Positions 34,377-44,294 of a stretch of 57,171 nucleotides of DNA are shown in pieces. The notes beneath the pieces are model-generated. The model searched no databases and was not told the origin of the DNA. It saw only the letters and a program-made list of their open reading frames with translations. Each line of letters begins with the position of its first letter. The first letter of the stretch is position 1. The DNA is from Planctomycetia bacterium (GTDB taxonomy: Bacteria; Planctomycetota; Planctomycetia; Pirellulales; PALSA-1355): positions 1-57,171 of the forward strand of contig JANNQN010000437.1 in assembly GCA_031400775.1 (NCBI GenBank), read 5' to 3'. Position numbers and translations under genes: made by a program.

Positions 34377-35984
34377 ATGCTCGATCGCATCCCGCGTTAT
34401 CTTGTGCCGTTTCATCCCAAGCGCGTGCCGCATCGCTTCGCCGACGTGCTGGTCATCGGCGGAGGGCTGGCCGGGTTGCGCGCGGCGCTGGCCGTGCCCA
34501 GCGATCAGTCGGTGCTGGTGATCACCAAGAGCAGCTTGCGGCAATCGAACAGCAGCTATGCCCAAGGGGGCATTGCCGGCGTGATCGATCCCGAGGACCG
34601 GTTCGAAGATCACATCGCCGATACCTTGTCGGCCGGCGGCGGGTTGTGCGACACGGCCGTGGTCGAGATGGTGGTCCGCGAAGCCCCGGCCCGGATCCAC
34701 GAGCTGATTGATTGGGGGACCAATTTCGATCAGGAGTCCGGCGGCCTGGCCCTGGGACGCGAAGGCGGACACAGCCACCATCGAATTGTGCATGCCCTGG
34801 GCGATGCCACCGGCAAGGAAGTGATGCGGGCCGTGATCGATCGCACCTGCGCGCTCGAGAACGTCGAGACCTGGGAAAATGCCTTTACGCTCGACCTGCT
34901 GACCCACGAAAACCGCTGCCGCGGAGCGCTCGTTTGGAGTGCCGAGCACGGCATGGCCCTGGTCTGGGCCAAGCAGACGATTCTATGCACCGGCGGCACG
35001 GGCCAGATTTACCGCGAGACCACGAATCCCGAAGTCGCCACCGGCGACGGGCTGGCGATCGCGTTTCGCGCCGGCGCGGAACTGCGCGACATGGAGTTCA
35101 TGCAATTCCATCCCACGGTGTTGTACATCGCGGGCAGCAGCCGCAGCCTGATCACCGAAGCCATGCGCGGCGAGGGCGCGAAACTTGTCGATCGCAACGG
35201 CGAGCGCTTCATGGACGAGTACGATCCGCGCGGCGAGCTTGCGCCGCGCGACGTGGTGAGCCGGGCAATCGTCACGCAGATGGAGCGCACGCGGCATCCA
35301 AACGTGTATCTGGATCTGTCGCACTTGGACGCCGCCACCGTGCGGGCCAGGTTTCCCGGCATCGCCAGCACGTGTGCCGAATTTGGTTTGGATATCGCCC
35401 GCGACTGGATCCCGGTGCGGCCCGGGGCACACTACATGATCGGCGGCGTGACGGTCGATATCGAAGGGCGCACCACGCTCGACGGCCTGTGGGCGGCGGG
35501 CGAGTGCACCTCGAGCGGCTTGCACGGCGCCAATCGGCTGGCTTCCAACAGCCTGCTGGAAGGTTTGGTCTTCGGCGCGCACGCCGGGGCTGCCGCCGCT
35601 CGCGTGGCCGCCACGATCGAAGATGACTTTCGCGCCGTGCCACTCGTGAATCCGCCATTGGAAGAAGGAGTCGAATCGTTGGATCTGGGCGACATTCGCA
35701 ACTCGCTCAAAAGCGCGATGTGGCGCAGCGCCGGCGTGCGCCGCGACCGCGAGCACCTGTTGGAGGCGGCCGAGAGCATCGATCGCTGGTGCGGCTACGT
35801 GCTGGCGCGGCAGTTTTCCGACGCCGACGGCTGGGAATTGCAGAACATGCTGACCGTGGCCCGGCTGGTGATCGAAGCGGCGCTGGCGCGCGAGGAAACC
35901 CGGGGCGTACACCTGCGCACTGACTTTCCGACGGCGGACGACGCGCGGTGGAAACGCCGCATTTCTTTTCGCCGCGATGCCTGA
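34377..35984 (+). CDS. nadB: L-aspartate oxidase
   Basis: The ORF is 34311..35984, with a likely start at the ATG at 34377. DVLVIGGGLAGLRAAL (FAD GxGxxG), SNSSYAQGGIAGV, FMQFHPT, EAMRGEGA and the capping helices are present. Confidence 0.92.
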   Translation: MLDRIPRYLVPFHPKRVPHRFADVLVIGGGLAGLRAALAVPSDQSVLVITKSSLRQSNSSYAQGGIAGVIDPEDRFEDHIADTLSAGGGLCDTAVVEMVVREAPARIHELIDWGTNFDQESGGLALGREGGHSHHRIVHALGDATGKEVMRAVIDRTCALENVETWENAFTLDLLTHENRCRGALVWSAEHGMALVWAKQTILCTGGTGQIYRETTNPEVATGDGLAIAFRAGAELRDMEFMQFHPTVLYIAGSSRSLITEAMRGEGAKLVDRNGERFMDEYDPRGELAPRDVVSRAIVTQMERTRHPNVYLDLSHLDAATVRARFPGIASTCAEFGLDIARDWIPVRPGAHYMIGGVTVDIEGRTTLDGLWAAGECTSSGLHGANRLASNSLLEGLVFGAHAGAAAARVAATIEDDFRAVPLVNPPLEEGVESLDLGDIRNSLKSAMWRSAGVRRDREHLLEAAESIDRWCGYVLARQFSDADGWELQNMLTVARLVIEAALAREETRGVHLRTDFPTADDARWKRRISFRRDA

Positions 35985-36339
35985 ACGGCTCCCGACCGAG
36001 CTACCGCCGGGGGGCATCTTGCGATCGCGCTTGGGCGACCTCAAATACGGGCAATTCCCTGCGATAACTCTCAGCCGGACAGGGACCTGTGCATTTATTT
36101 GGCACGGGGCGATCCATCTGGCGTGACCTTGCGTAAGTCTGGACAGGGACGCTATGTTCGTAGTAACTTCTAGGTCGCTTGATAGGGCGATTTGCCCCCC
36201 GTGGCGGACCAACGGCGGCTCGCACAGCCGCGCTTCGGCCGCGAAGCATTTTTGATTGACCGCACATGGGCATTCCCCCTGGAGTTTTTACCAGGGCGGT
36301 CGTTGCCATGGCGTCACTTCATTCAGGAGTCCTTTACCG

Positions 36340-37077
36340 ATGAGCGAACAGCCGGGTCCTGCCATGATCGAGGCCGTGGGGCTGTCCAAATACTACGGCG
36401 ATTTTGCCGCCGTCGAGGACGTCTCCTTCAGCATTCCGCAGGGACAGATCGTGGCTTTCCTCGGTCCCAACGGGGCCGGCAAGAGCACGACCATGAAGCT
36501 GCTGACCGGCTACCTGGCCCCGTCGCGGGGCATCGCCCGCATCGCCGGCCACGACATGGCCGCCGATCGCCTGGCCGGTTCCGCCCGACTGGGCTACTTG
36601 CCGGAAAACGGCCCGCTCTATCCGGACATGACGCCGCGGATGCTACTCAATTTCTTTGCCGACGCGCGGGGCCTGTCGGCGGCGCGCAAGCGGCAGCGGA
36701 TCGAGGACGTGGTCGAGTTGTGCGCGCTCAAGAGCGTGATCGGCAAAGCCATCGGCAAGCTGTCCAAGGGTTTTCGGCAGCGCGTCGGCATGGCGCAAGT
36801 GCTGCTGCACGAGCCCGACGTGCTGATTCTCGACGAGCCGACAGCCGGCCTGGATCCCAACCAGATTCGCGACGTGCGGGGCACGATCCGCAACCTGGGC
36901 AAGAACAAAACCATTTTGCTGTCGACGCACATTTTGCAGGAAGTCGAGGCGATAGCCGATCGCGTGCTGTTCATCAACGAAGGCCGCCTGGTCTACGACG
37001 GCACCGTGAAGGGATTCGCTTCCGGCGGGCACGATCTGGATACCCGCTTCCACGAGTTGACGACCGAGGGCGCCTAG
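36340..37077 (+). CDS. ABC transporter ATP-binding protein (GldA-like)
   Basis: The ORF is 36256..37077. The likely start is the ATG at 36340, after CAGGAG at 36324-29. Walker A GPNGAGKST, signature LSKGFRQRVGMA and Walker B LILDEPTAGLD are present. Confidence 0.9.
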   Translation: MSEQPGPAMIEAVGLSKYYGDFAAVEDVSFSIPQGQIVAFLGPNGAGKSTTMKLLTGYLAPSRGIARIAGHDMAADRLAGSARLGYLPENGPLYPDMTPRMLLNFFADARGLSAARKRQRIEDVVELCALKSVIGKAIGKLSKGFRQRVGMAQVLLHEPDVLILDEPTAGLDPNQIRDVRGTIRNLGKNKTILLSTHILQEVEAIADRVLFINEGRLVYDGTVKGFASGGHDLDTRFHELTTEGA

Positions 37078-37165
37078 AGACGACACGCGAACCCTCCTCC
37101 GATCCGCCAGCCAAACGACATACCAAGAGTTTACGAATTAATCGAACGCAACACAGGTTGAAGCC

Positions 37166-39973
37166 ATGAACGTCCACGTTATTCGTGCGATCTTCAAACG
37201 CAACTTCGTCAGTTATTTCAGCAACCCAACCGGTTACGTATTCATCTGCGTATTCGTGTTGCTCAGCTCCTTCGCGGCTTTCTGGCCCAACGACTTCTTC
37301 AACTCGAACCTGGCCAACTTGGATCAGTTGAACAAGTATCTCCCGTACATCCTGCTGGTGTTTATCCCGGCGATCACGATGAGCATTTGGGCCGACGAGC
37401 GGCGGCAAGGGACCGACGAGTTGTTGTTGACGATTCCGGCGGCCGATTTTGACGTCGTCTTCGGAAAATACCTGGCTGCCGTAGCGATTTACACGGTCTC
37501 GCTGTTGTTCTCGCTGGTCTCGAACTACATCGTGCTGTTGAACCTGGGCGATCCCGACCTGGGGCTGCTGCTGGGAACGTACTTCGGCTACTGGGTCGTG
37601 GGCCTGGCCATGATCGGCATCGGCATGGTCGCCTCGTTCCTGACCGGCAACTTGACCGTCGGGTTCATCCTGGGCGCGCTGTTCAATGCGCCCTTGGCAT
37701 TTGCCGGCGCCGTCTCCGACAAGCTCTCGTTTCTAAAAGGGCTGAGCATCACCGAACAGTTCCACGATTTCTCCCGCGGCGTGATCACCTTTTCCAGCGT
37801 GGGCTACTTTCTGGCCATCACGGCGCTCACGCTGTACTTGAGCGTGGTGCTCATCGGGCGGCGTCATTGGCGCGGCGGCGTCAACGGCAGCTCGATGGCC
37901 GGCCACTACGCCCTGCGCATTCTGGCGCTGATTGCCGTGGTGGTTTCGTTGAACTTCTTCTTGACGCGGCACGACCGTCTGCGGGCGGACGTAACCAGCG
38001 AGAACTTGAACTCGCTCGCGCCGCAATCGCGCGAGTTGATCGAGAATCTCGACACCAAGCGGCCGGTCGTGATCGAGTATTTCGTCAGCCCCAACGTGCC
38101 CGAAAGCTACGTGCAGACCCGGTTGAATCTGCTCAACACGCTTCGCGAGTTCCAGGCCATCGGTGGCGACAAAATCAAGCTCATCCGCCACGACGTGGAG
38201 CCGTTCAGCGAGGAAGCCCAGCGGGCGGAGCAGCAATTCGGGATCCGCCCCGTGCCCGTCGAGTGGCGAACCCGCGGAGCGCGGACGCGCGACGAGATCT
38301 TCATGGGTCTGGCCTTCACCTGCGGACTCGATAAGGTCGTGCTGCCGTTTGTCGATCGCGGCATTCCGGTGGAGTACGAGCTGGTGCGCTCGATCGCCAC
38401 GGTCAGTCAGCAGAAGCGTAAGAAGGTCGGCGTGCTGACGACCGACGCCAAGCTGTACGCGACGTTTGACATGCAGACCATGTCGCCCGGCCGCAACGAG
38501 CAGATTATCGAGGAGCTGCAAAAGCAGTACGACGTCGTGCAGGTCGATCCCACGAATCCGATCACGGAAAAATACGACGTGCTATTGGCCGTGCAGCCTT
38601 CGTCGCTGGCTCCGGAGCAGATGCAGCATTTCATCGACGCGGTGAAGAGCGGCCAGCCGACCGCGATTTTCGAAGATCCCTTTTCCATGATCAGCCCCGA
38701 CGTGCCGGGCACGATGGCGCCCAAGATGCCTCCCGGCGGCGGCAATCCGTTCATGCAACGACAGCCGCCGCAGCCCAAGGGCGATATCAGCCCGCTCTGG
38801 AAAATGCTGGGCGTGGACTTCAGCGGCGACAACGTGGTCTGGCAGGCGCACAACCCCTATCCCAAGCTGGGCGCGATCCCGCACGAATGGGTCTTCGTCG
38901 ACCACGACAGCGGCGCCCGCGAGCCGTTCAACGTCGACAATCCCGTCACCTCCAAGCTGCAACAAGTCTTGTTCCTGTTTCCCGGATCGATCTCTGGGCT
39001 GAACTCCTCGTCGCTGACCTTCACGCCGCTGGTCGTCACGGGAAACCGCACCGGGACGATTCGCTACGATCAGTTGATGCAGCGCAATTTCATGGGCCAG
39101 CCGCAGATGAACCCCGAGATTCCGCTGTTGGAAAAGCCGACCGGCGAACCTTACATCGTGGCGGCCCAAATTCGCGGCAAGCTCAGGTCCGAGAACCAGC
39201 CCATGTCCGACGAAGCGGCCGATGCGGCTGTGGCTCCGGCCGAGAAGAAAACGGCCGACGAGCCGGCCGACGCTTCTGCCGACGCGCAGAAAGCCGGAGA
39301 AGCAAAAGACGAAGCGAAAAAACCGGAAGCCGAGGCCGTCAAGACTGATCCGGAAATCAACGTCATCCTCGTCAGCGATATCGACTGCTTGTATGGAGCG
39401 TTCTTTGCCCTGCGAGCTCGTGGCGAAGACCCCGACGAAGAATTCAGCTTTCACTTCGACAACGTGCCCTTCGTGCTCAATGTGCTCGACGTGCTGGCCG
39501 ACGACAAGCGGTTCGTCGACATCCGCACGCGGCGTCCTTCGCACCGCACATTGACCAAGATCAACGAAGTCACCGAGAGCGCCCGCAAGGAAGCCGACCG
39601 CGCTCGCGAGAAGTACCTGAAGGATTTTGACACGGCGCGCTCGAAGGCCCAGAAGGATTTCGACGACCAGATGGCCGAGTTGGCCAAGCGGACGGGAGTC
39701 AACCGGCAGCAGGCTGCCATCGACAAGCTACAAGCGCAGATGCAAGGGCAGCAAAAGCTCGACGTGGCCCTGCAAGGCCTGAAGGACAAGCGCGACAAGT
39801 CGATGAAGGCGTCGCAGACCAACCTGGAACTTGCCGTCCGCAAGGTGCAGGATGATTACAAGCTGTGGGCCGTGCTGTTGCCGCCGATTCCGCCGCTGAT
39901 CGTGGCCTTTATCGTGTTCTTCAATCGCCGCGCCAGCGAACGAGAGGGAGTCAACAAGTCCCGGCTTCGTTAA
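37166..39973 (+). CDS. fused ABC-2 permease (GldF-like) / GldG-like auxiliary domain protein
   Basis: 935-aa ORF. The N-terminal ~240 aa carry about 6 hydrophobic helices. A large periplasmic GldG-type region follows, then an acidic/Lys-rich tract, a coiled-coil segment and a final TM helix (LWAVLLPPIPPLIVAFIVFF). Confidence 0.8.
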   Translation: MNVHVIRAIFKRNFVSYFSNPTGYVFICVFVLLSSFAAFWPNDFFNSNLANLDQLNKYLPYILLVFIPAITMSIWADERRQGTDELLLTIPAADFDVVFGKYLAAVAIYTVSLLFSLVSNYIVLLNLGDPDLGLLLGTYFGYWVVGLAMIGIGMVASFLTGNLTVGFILGALFNAPLAFAGAVSDKLSFLKGLSITEQFHDFSRGVITFSSVGYFLAITALTLYLSVVLIGRRHWRGGVNGSSMAGHYALRILALIAVVVSLNFFLTRHDRLRADVTSENLNSLAPQSRELIENLDTKRPVVIEYFVSPNVPESYVQTRLNLLNTLREFQAIGGDKIKLIRHDVEPFSEEAQRAEQQFGIRPVPVEWRTRGARTRDEIFMGLAFTCGLDKVVLPFVDRGIPVEYELVRSIATVSQQKRKKVGVLTTDAKLYATFDMQTMSPGRNEQIIEELQKQYDVVQVDPTNPITEKYDVLLAVQPSSLAPEQMQHFIDAVKSGQPTAIFEDPFSMISPDVPGTMAPKMPPGGGNPFMQRQPPQPKGDISPLWKMLGVDFSGDNVVWQAHNPYPKLGAIPHEWVFVDHDSGAREPFNVDNPVTSKLQQVLFLFPGSISGLNSSSLTFTPLVVTGNRTGTIRYDQLMQRNFMGQPQMNPEIPLLEKPTGEPYIVAAQIRGKLRSENQPMSDEAADAAVAPAEKKTADEPADASADAQKAGEAKDEAKKPEAEAVKTDPEINVILVSDIDCLYGAFFALRARGEDPDEEFSFHFDNVPFVLNVLDVLADDKRFVDIRTRRPSHRTLTKINEVTESARKEADRAREKYLKDFDTARSKAQKDFDDQMAELAKRTGVNRQQAAIDKLQAQMQGQQKLDVALQGLKDKRDKSMKASQTNLELAVRKVQDDYKLWAVLLPPIPPLIVAFIVFFNRRASEREGVNKSRLR

Positions 39974-40068
39974 TCCATAAATACTTAATCCGCCAGCGTG
40001 TCGAACGGCGTTTGGAATAAACACAAGCGCCCCGACGACCGACCCGTCCAGCTAGTGAGGAAGCTCGC

Positions 40069-41757
40069 ATGCAAGAGAATCACAAGACGCTCACGTTTGT
40101 CCTGGTGGCCGCGATGGCCGCTCTGGTGGCTTGGGAACCCTGGCGACCGGCGGTCTCGACCGACGCGCCGCCGGAGGAAGTGGGCACCAAACTCTTCCCC
40201 GATTTCAAAGATCCGCTGGCCGCCAAGAGCCTGGAAGTCGTGACTTTTAACGAAGTGGACGCGACGCTCCGCGATTTCAAGGTTGCGCAGGTCAACGGCG
40301 TGTGGGCGATTCCCTCGCACAGCGACTACCCGGCCGACGCCGCCGAGCACATGGCCCAGGCCGCCACGGCGCTACTGGATTTGGAAATCCTGGGCGTGGC
40401 CAGCAACAATGCGGGCGACCAGGAACTGTACGGCGTGATCACGCCCGACCTGGCCAAGCTGCGCCCCGGCATGGTGGGCGTCGGCACCCGCGTGATCGTC
40501 AAGGGAGACAAGGACAAGGGCCTGGCCGATCTGATCATCGGCAAGGAAGTGAAGGACGCCGGCCCGGCGGGTCTGCGCTATGTCCGTCGCGCCGAGCGCG
40601 ATCAGATCTATACGGTCAAAGTCAAAACCGACAAGTTCTCGACCAAGTTCGAAGACTGGATCGAGAAAGACCTGCTCAAGCTGAATGCCTTCGACATTCG
40701 CCAGGTCGAGCTCAACGACTATTCGACCGCCGACAACCTGACCGTGGACGGCGTGTCGCTGATGGTCAAGAAGCGCAGCCGCATCGACCTGGGATTCGAC
40801 GACGCGAAATCGAGCTGGAACTTGATCGAGATGACCGAATTCGACGACAAGGGAGAGCCGATCCCGGTCAAGCTTGGCGAAGACGAAGAGCTCAACAACG
40901 AGAAGCTCAACACGCTCAAGACTGCGCTGGATGACTTGAAGATCGTCGACGTGCAGCGCAAGCCCAAGGGGCTCAGCCAGGAATTGAAGGCCAGCGACGA
41001 GCTAGTCAAAGACAACGAAGCGGCCCTGTCGCTGGTGCAGCGGGGTTTCTTCCCGGTCGGCGAGAACCGCGAAATCTATTCCAGCGAAGGCGAAGCCACT
41101 TGCACGACCAAAGAGGGCGTGCGGTACATCCTGCGTTTCGGCCGTCTCGCTGGGGGCGAGGAACCCAAAGACGACAAGGAATCGCCGGATAAGGCCAAGA
41201 GCAACCCGGCCTTGAACCGCTACTTGTTCGTGATGGCCCAGTTCGATCCCAGCCAGATCGCCAAGCCGATCCTGGAACCGGTTCCTGGCGAAGCAGACGC
41301 CGCCGACAAGAAGCCGGCCGACGATGTTGCTAAGCCGGCCGAAACAAAGGCAAACGACGGGAAGAAGCCGGCTGACGGCGCGGTGCCCGAGGAAAAGACC
41401 GGCGCCCAGGACGAAGACGCCAAGGCCGCTCCCGCCGCCGATGCCAAGCCCGCCGAAAAGAAGGACGACAAGGCTGTCACGCCCGATGAGGAAAAGAAGA
41501 TTGCCATCCAGCGCGAGAACAAGCGCAAGCAAGATGAGTACGATGCCGCGGTGAAGAAGGGCCAGGATCGGGTCGCGGAGCTCAACGAGCGCTTCGCCGA
41601 TTGGTACTTCATCATCTCCGACGACGTCTACAAGAAGATCCACCTCGGCCGCGCCGACATCATCAAGAAGAAAGACGCCAAGGACGAAGCCGGCGCCGAC
41701 AAGAGCGGCGGTCTCGGCGAACTGAACGACCTGCCGCCGGGTCTCGAAGTCAAATAA
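40069..41757 (+). CDS. DUF4340-like protein (usual partner of GldG-type ABC systems)
   Basis: 562-aa ORF with a GAGGAAG upstream. It has an N-terminal anchor (LTFVLVAAMAALVAW) and its position immediately after the GldG-like gene is typical for this family. The C-terminal A/K/D/P-rich tract is low complexity. Confidence 0.65.
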   Translation: MQENHKTLTFVLVAAMAALVAWEPWRPAVSTDAPPEEVGTKLFPDFKDPLAAKSLEVVTFNEVDATLRDFKVAQVNGVWAIPSHSDYPADAAEHMAQAATALLDLEILGVASNNAGDQELYGVITPDLAKLRPGMVGVGTRVIVKGDKDKGLADLIIGKEVKDAGPAGLRYVRRAERDQIYTVKVKTDKFSTKFEDWIEKDLLKLNAFDIRQVELNDYSTADNLTVDGVSLMVKKRSRIDLGFDDAKSSWNLIEMTEFDDKGEPIPVKLGEDEELNNEKLNTLKTALDDLKIVDVQRKPKGLSQELKASDELVKDNEAALSLVQRGFFPVGENREIYSSEGEATCTTKEGVRYILRFGRLAGGEEPKDDKESPDKAKSNPALNRYLFVMAQFDPSQIAKPILEPVPGEADAADKKPADDVAKPAETKANDGKKPADGAVPEEKTGAQDEDAKAAPAADAKPAEKKDDKAVTPDEEKKIAIQRENKRKQDEYDAAVKKGQDRVAELNERFADWYFIISDDVYKKIHLGRADIIKKKDAKDEAGADKSGGLGELNDLPPGLEVK

Positions 41758-41837
41758 TTCAGTGCGCGTCTGCCCGTGTCATACGAAGGCAGCTAATCAC
41801 TTTGTGGTTCCCATATACGACTGCGAAATCCTACGCA

Positions 41838-42161
41838 TCACGCCGGAACTTCGACACCCAGCTCGCGCAGGAATTCGAGCGTGAAGATGCCCGTGTCGTG
41901 GCCGTCGGAAAACGAGATCGAATAGGCATAGTTGCCGACCGGCTTCATGCCCAGGATCGCCAGCGGTCGGGCTTCGGCCAGCGAGAGCACCGGCAGACCG
42001 GTCGACGGGGCTGGTGGCGCGGCCCGTTTCTCGCGACACGTCGCGCAAGGACAAGCCTTTCGCAGCGCCGATACGGTAATCTCGCGATTCTGGCCGTCGC
42101 TCCACTCGATGGTCAGCCGATTCTGGCCGCGCAGCTCGAGTTTCAGGGGTCGCAATTCCAT
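41838..42161 (-). CDS. DUF971 domain protein
   Basis: The ORF is 41838..42176 (GTG). The ATG at 42161 is preceded by AGGAG 5 nt upstream. MELRPLKLELRGQNRLTIEWSDGQNREITVSALRKACPCATC fits the DUF971 pattern, including the CPCA.C motif. Confidence 0.75.
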   Translation of the reverse strand: MELRPLKLELRGQNRLTIEWSDGQNREITVSALRKACPCATCREKRAAPPAPSTGLPVLSLAEARPLAILGMKPVGNYAYSISFSDGHDTGIFTLEFLRELGVEVPA

Positions 42162-42176
42162 CGCTTCTCCTGCCAC

Positions 42177-43436
42177 CTATTCCAGTTCGTTGAGCGCCGC
42201 CAACAACCGGTCCACTTCGTCGCTCGTGTTATAGTGCAGCAGACCCAGCCGCACGAGGCCCGCCGGCTCCAGTCCCAGCGACTCGCTCAGCTCGAGCGCA
42301 TAAAAGTTGCCGTGCCAGGCGAAGATGCCGCGCTCGGCGAGATGATCGGCCAGCTCCAGCGGCGCTAGCTTGCGATGCGTGATAGAAACGGTCGGCACGC
42401 GTTCGTCGAACCGCTCGCGATCGGTGATTCCCCACACGCGCACCCCGGCCAACCGCGCGAGCCCATCGATCAGCCGCCCGCATAGCTGCCGCTCATAGGC
42501 GGCAATCTCGGCAAACGCCGCCACGAGCGCCGCGCGCCGGTCGGGCGCTTGGGGCGCAAAGCGGCGGCCCAAGTCGGCCAGATACTCGATGGCTTCCAGC
42601 ACGCCGGCGATTCCTTCGTGGTTTTGTGTGCCGGTCATCCATTTGTCGGGCAGCGAGTCGCCCGCGGGTCGCACCTTGTAGGCGGCCAGCGACTCCATCA
42701 GCTCCGGCCGGCCCCACAGAATTCCCACGTGCGGGCCGAAAAACTTGTAAGCCGAGCAGGCCACGTAATCGCAATCCCAGTCGGCCGCGGAAACTAGCGC
42801 ATGCGGCGCGTAGTGTACCGCGTCAAGATAAACCTGCCCGCCCGCGTCGTGAACCCAACGGCAAATCTCGCGGACCGGGTTCACCGAGCCGACCGCGTTC
42901 GACGCGCAGCCGATGGCCGCCAGCCGCGTGCGGGGTGAAATCACCGCGCGCAACTCGCCGAGCTTGAGCGTGCAATCGCGGGGATCGAAATCGACATAGC
43001 GCACCGTGGCGCCTGCGTCGCGGGCAGCCAACACCCAAGGGGTGACATTGGCGTCGTGATCCAGCCGGGTGACGATCACCTCGTCGCCAGGGCGCCACGT
43101 GCGGGCCAGCGCCCGGCTGAAGGCCAGCGTGAGCGTGGTCATGTTGGCGCCGAAGACCGTGGCTTGCGGCGATGCGACACCCAGCAGATCGGCCGCGGCG
43201 ACGTGGGCCCGATCGAGCATAGCGTCACTCTCGCGGCTGGTGACAAACCGCCCGCCATGATTGGCGTTCGACTCGCTCAAGTACCGACTTATCGCCTGGA
43301 TCACGCGCTCGGGCGTCTGGCTGCCGGCCGGACCGTCGAGGTACACGGCAGGCTTGCCACCGACTTCTCGCGCCAGGGCCGGAAACTGTTGGCGACACCA
43401 CTCGACGGGAAATGTTTTCGCACTGGCGACTGCCAC
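42177..43436 (-). CDS. class V aminotransferase / cysteine desulfurase-like protein
   Basis: 419-aa ORF. It shows the fold-type I PLP layout with SAYKFFGPHVGILWG (PLP-lysine block) and LDHDAN, similar to the cysteine desulfurase-like family. Confidence 0.8.
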   Translation of the reverse strand: MAVASAKTFPVEWCRQQFPALAREVGGKPAVYLDGPAGSQTPERVIQAISRYLSESNANHGGRFVTSRESDAMLDRAHVAAADLLGVASPQATVFGANMTTLTLAFSRALARTWRPGDEVIVTRLDHDANVTPWVLAARDAGATVRYVDFDPRDCTLKLGELRAVISPRTRLAAIGCASNAVGSVNPVREICRWVHDAGGQVYLDAVHYAPHALVSAADWDCDYVACSAYKFFGPHVGILWGRPELMESLAAYKVRPAGDSLPDKWMTGTQNHEGIAGVLEAIEYLADLGRRFAPQAPDRRAALVAAFAEIAAYERQLCGRLIDGLARLAGVRVWGITDRERFDERVPTVSITHRKLAPLELADHLAERGIFAWHGNFYALELSESLGLEPAGLVRLGLLHYNTSDEVDRLLAALNELE

Positions 43437-43463
43437 CGATCGTCCTCCGCTGGGATTCGTTTG

Positions 43464-44294
43464 TTATTCGATCGTTTTCGCAATCTGTCGGTCCGTGTCG
43501 CGCCAATCGGTGACAAACATCGCGCCGGGGCTGTGTGTGATCGCCAGCTCGCAGCCCGCCTGGCAAAGTGCCACTTGCGGCGTCACTCCGCAAGCCCAAA
43601 ACATCGGCACTTCGCCCTGGCCAATCGTCACCGCCTCGCCGAAGTCTGGTCGCGACAAGTCATCGATCCCCAGGACTCGTGGATCGCCAATGTGCATGGG
43701 CGCACCGTGCATGGTCGGGTAGCGACCCGTGATTTCCGTAACGCGCTCGATGGCAGCCGGCGGATAAGGCCGCATGCTGACCACCAGGTTGCCGCGAAAG
43801 CGCCCCGCGGGCTGGCACTCGACGCTGGTGCGGTACATCGGCACGTTGCGGCCTTCCGTGATATGCCGCACCGCAAAGCCTTCGTCGATCAGTGCGTTTT
43901 CGAACGTGAATGAACAGCCCAAAAGAAAACTCACCAAATCATCGCGCCACAGGTGGCGAATGTCGGTCGGCTCGTCGGCGTCGGGCACGCCGTGCCGAAA
44001 GACGCGATACTTTGGCACGTCGCTGCGCAGGTCCGCGCCGGCCGCGCAGCCGCGCGGCTCCGGATCGCCCGGAGCGGTCTGTTCCAAGAGCGGACATGGT
44101 CGAGGATTGAGCCGGCAGAACTCGGAGAATTCGGCCGCGTCGGCCGCCAACAGAATCACCAGATTCGCCTGCACGAAGCCCCGGGCCAGTCCGGCCGTCG
44201 GTCCGGTCAGTTCGCCCGCGCGGATCGCGGCGCGCAGCTCGGCCCCTGTGGCACGAGACCACGTTTTGGCGGCTAGTGATTGGTCGGTTTGCAT
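43464..44294 (-). CDS. DUF1445 / UPF0317 putative hydro-lyase (D-glutamate cyclase-like)
   Basis: The ORF is 43464..44630, but only the part from the ATG at 44294 looks protein-like. RAAIRAGELTGPTAGLARGFVQANLVILLAADAAEFSEFCRLNPRPCPLL matches the UPF0317 signature region. Confidence 0.8.
   Translation of the reverse strand: MQTDQSLAAKTWSRATGAELRAAIRAGELTGPTAGLARGFVQANLVILLAADAAEFSEFCRLNPRPCPLLEQTAPGDPEPRGCAAGADLRSDVPKYRVFRHGVPDADEPTDIRHLWRDDLVSFLLGCSFTFENALIDEGFAVRHITEGRNVPMYRTSVECQPAGRFRGNLVVSMRPYPPAAIERVTEITGRYPTMHGAPMHIGDPRVLGIDDLSRPDFGEAVTIGQGEVPMFWACGVTPQVALCQAGCELAITHSPGAMFVTDWRDTDRQIAKTIE

Noticed and set aside
36232-36256. Hairpin gcttcg-gccg-cgaagc followed by ATTTTTG between nadB and the ABC operon
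   Set aside because: The stem is only 6 bp and lies about 250 nt after the nadB stop. It could equally belong to the ABC operon leader, so I do not report it as a terminator.
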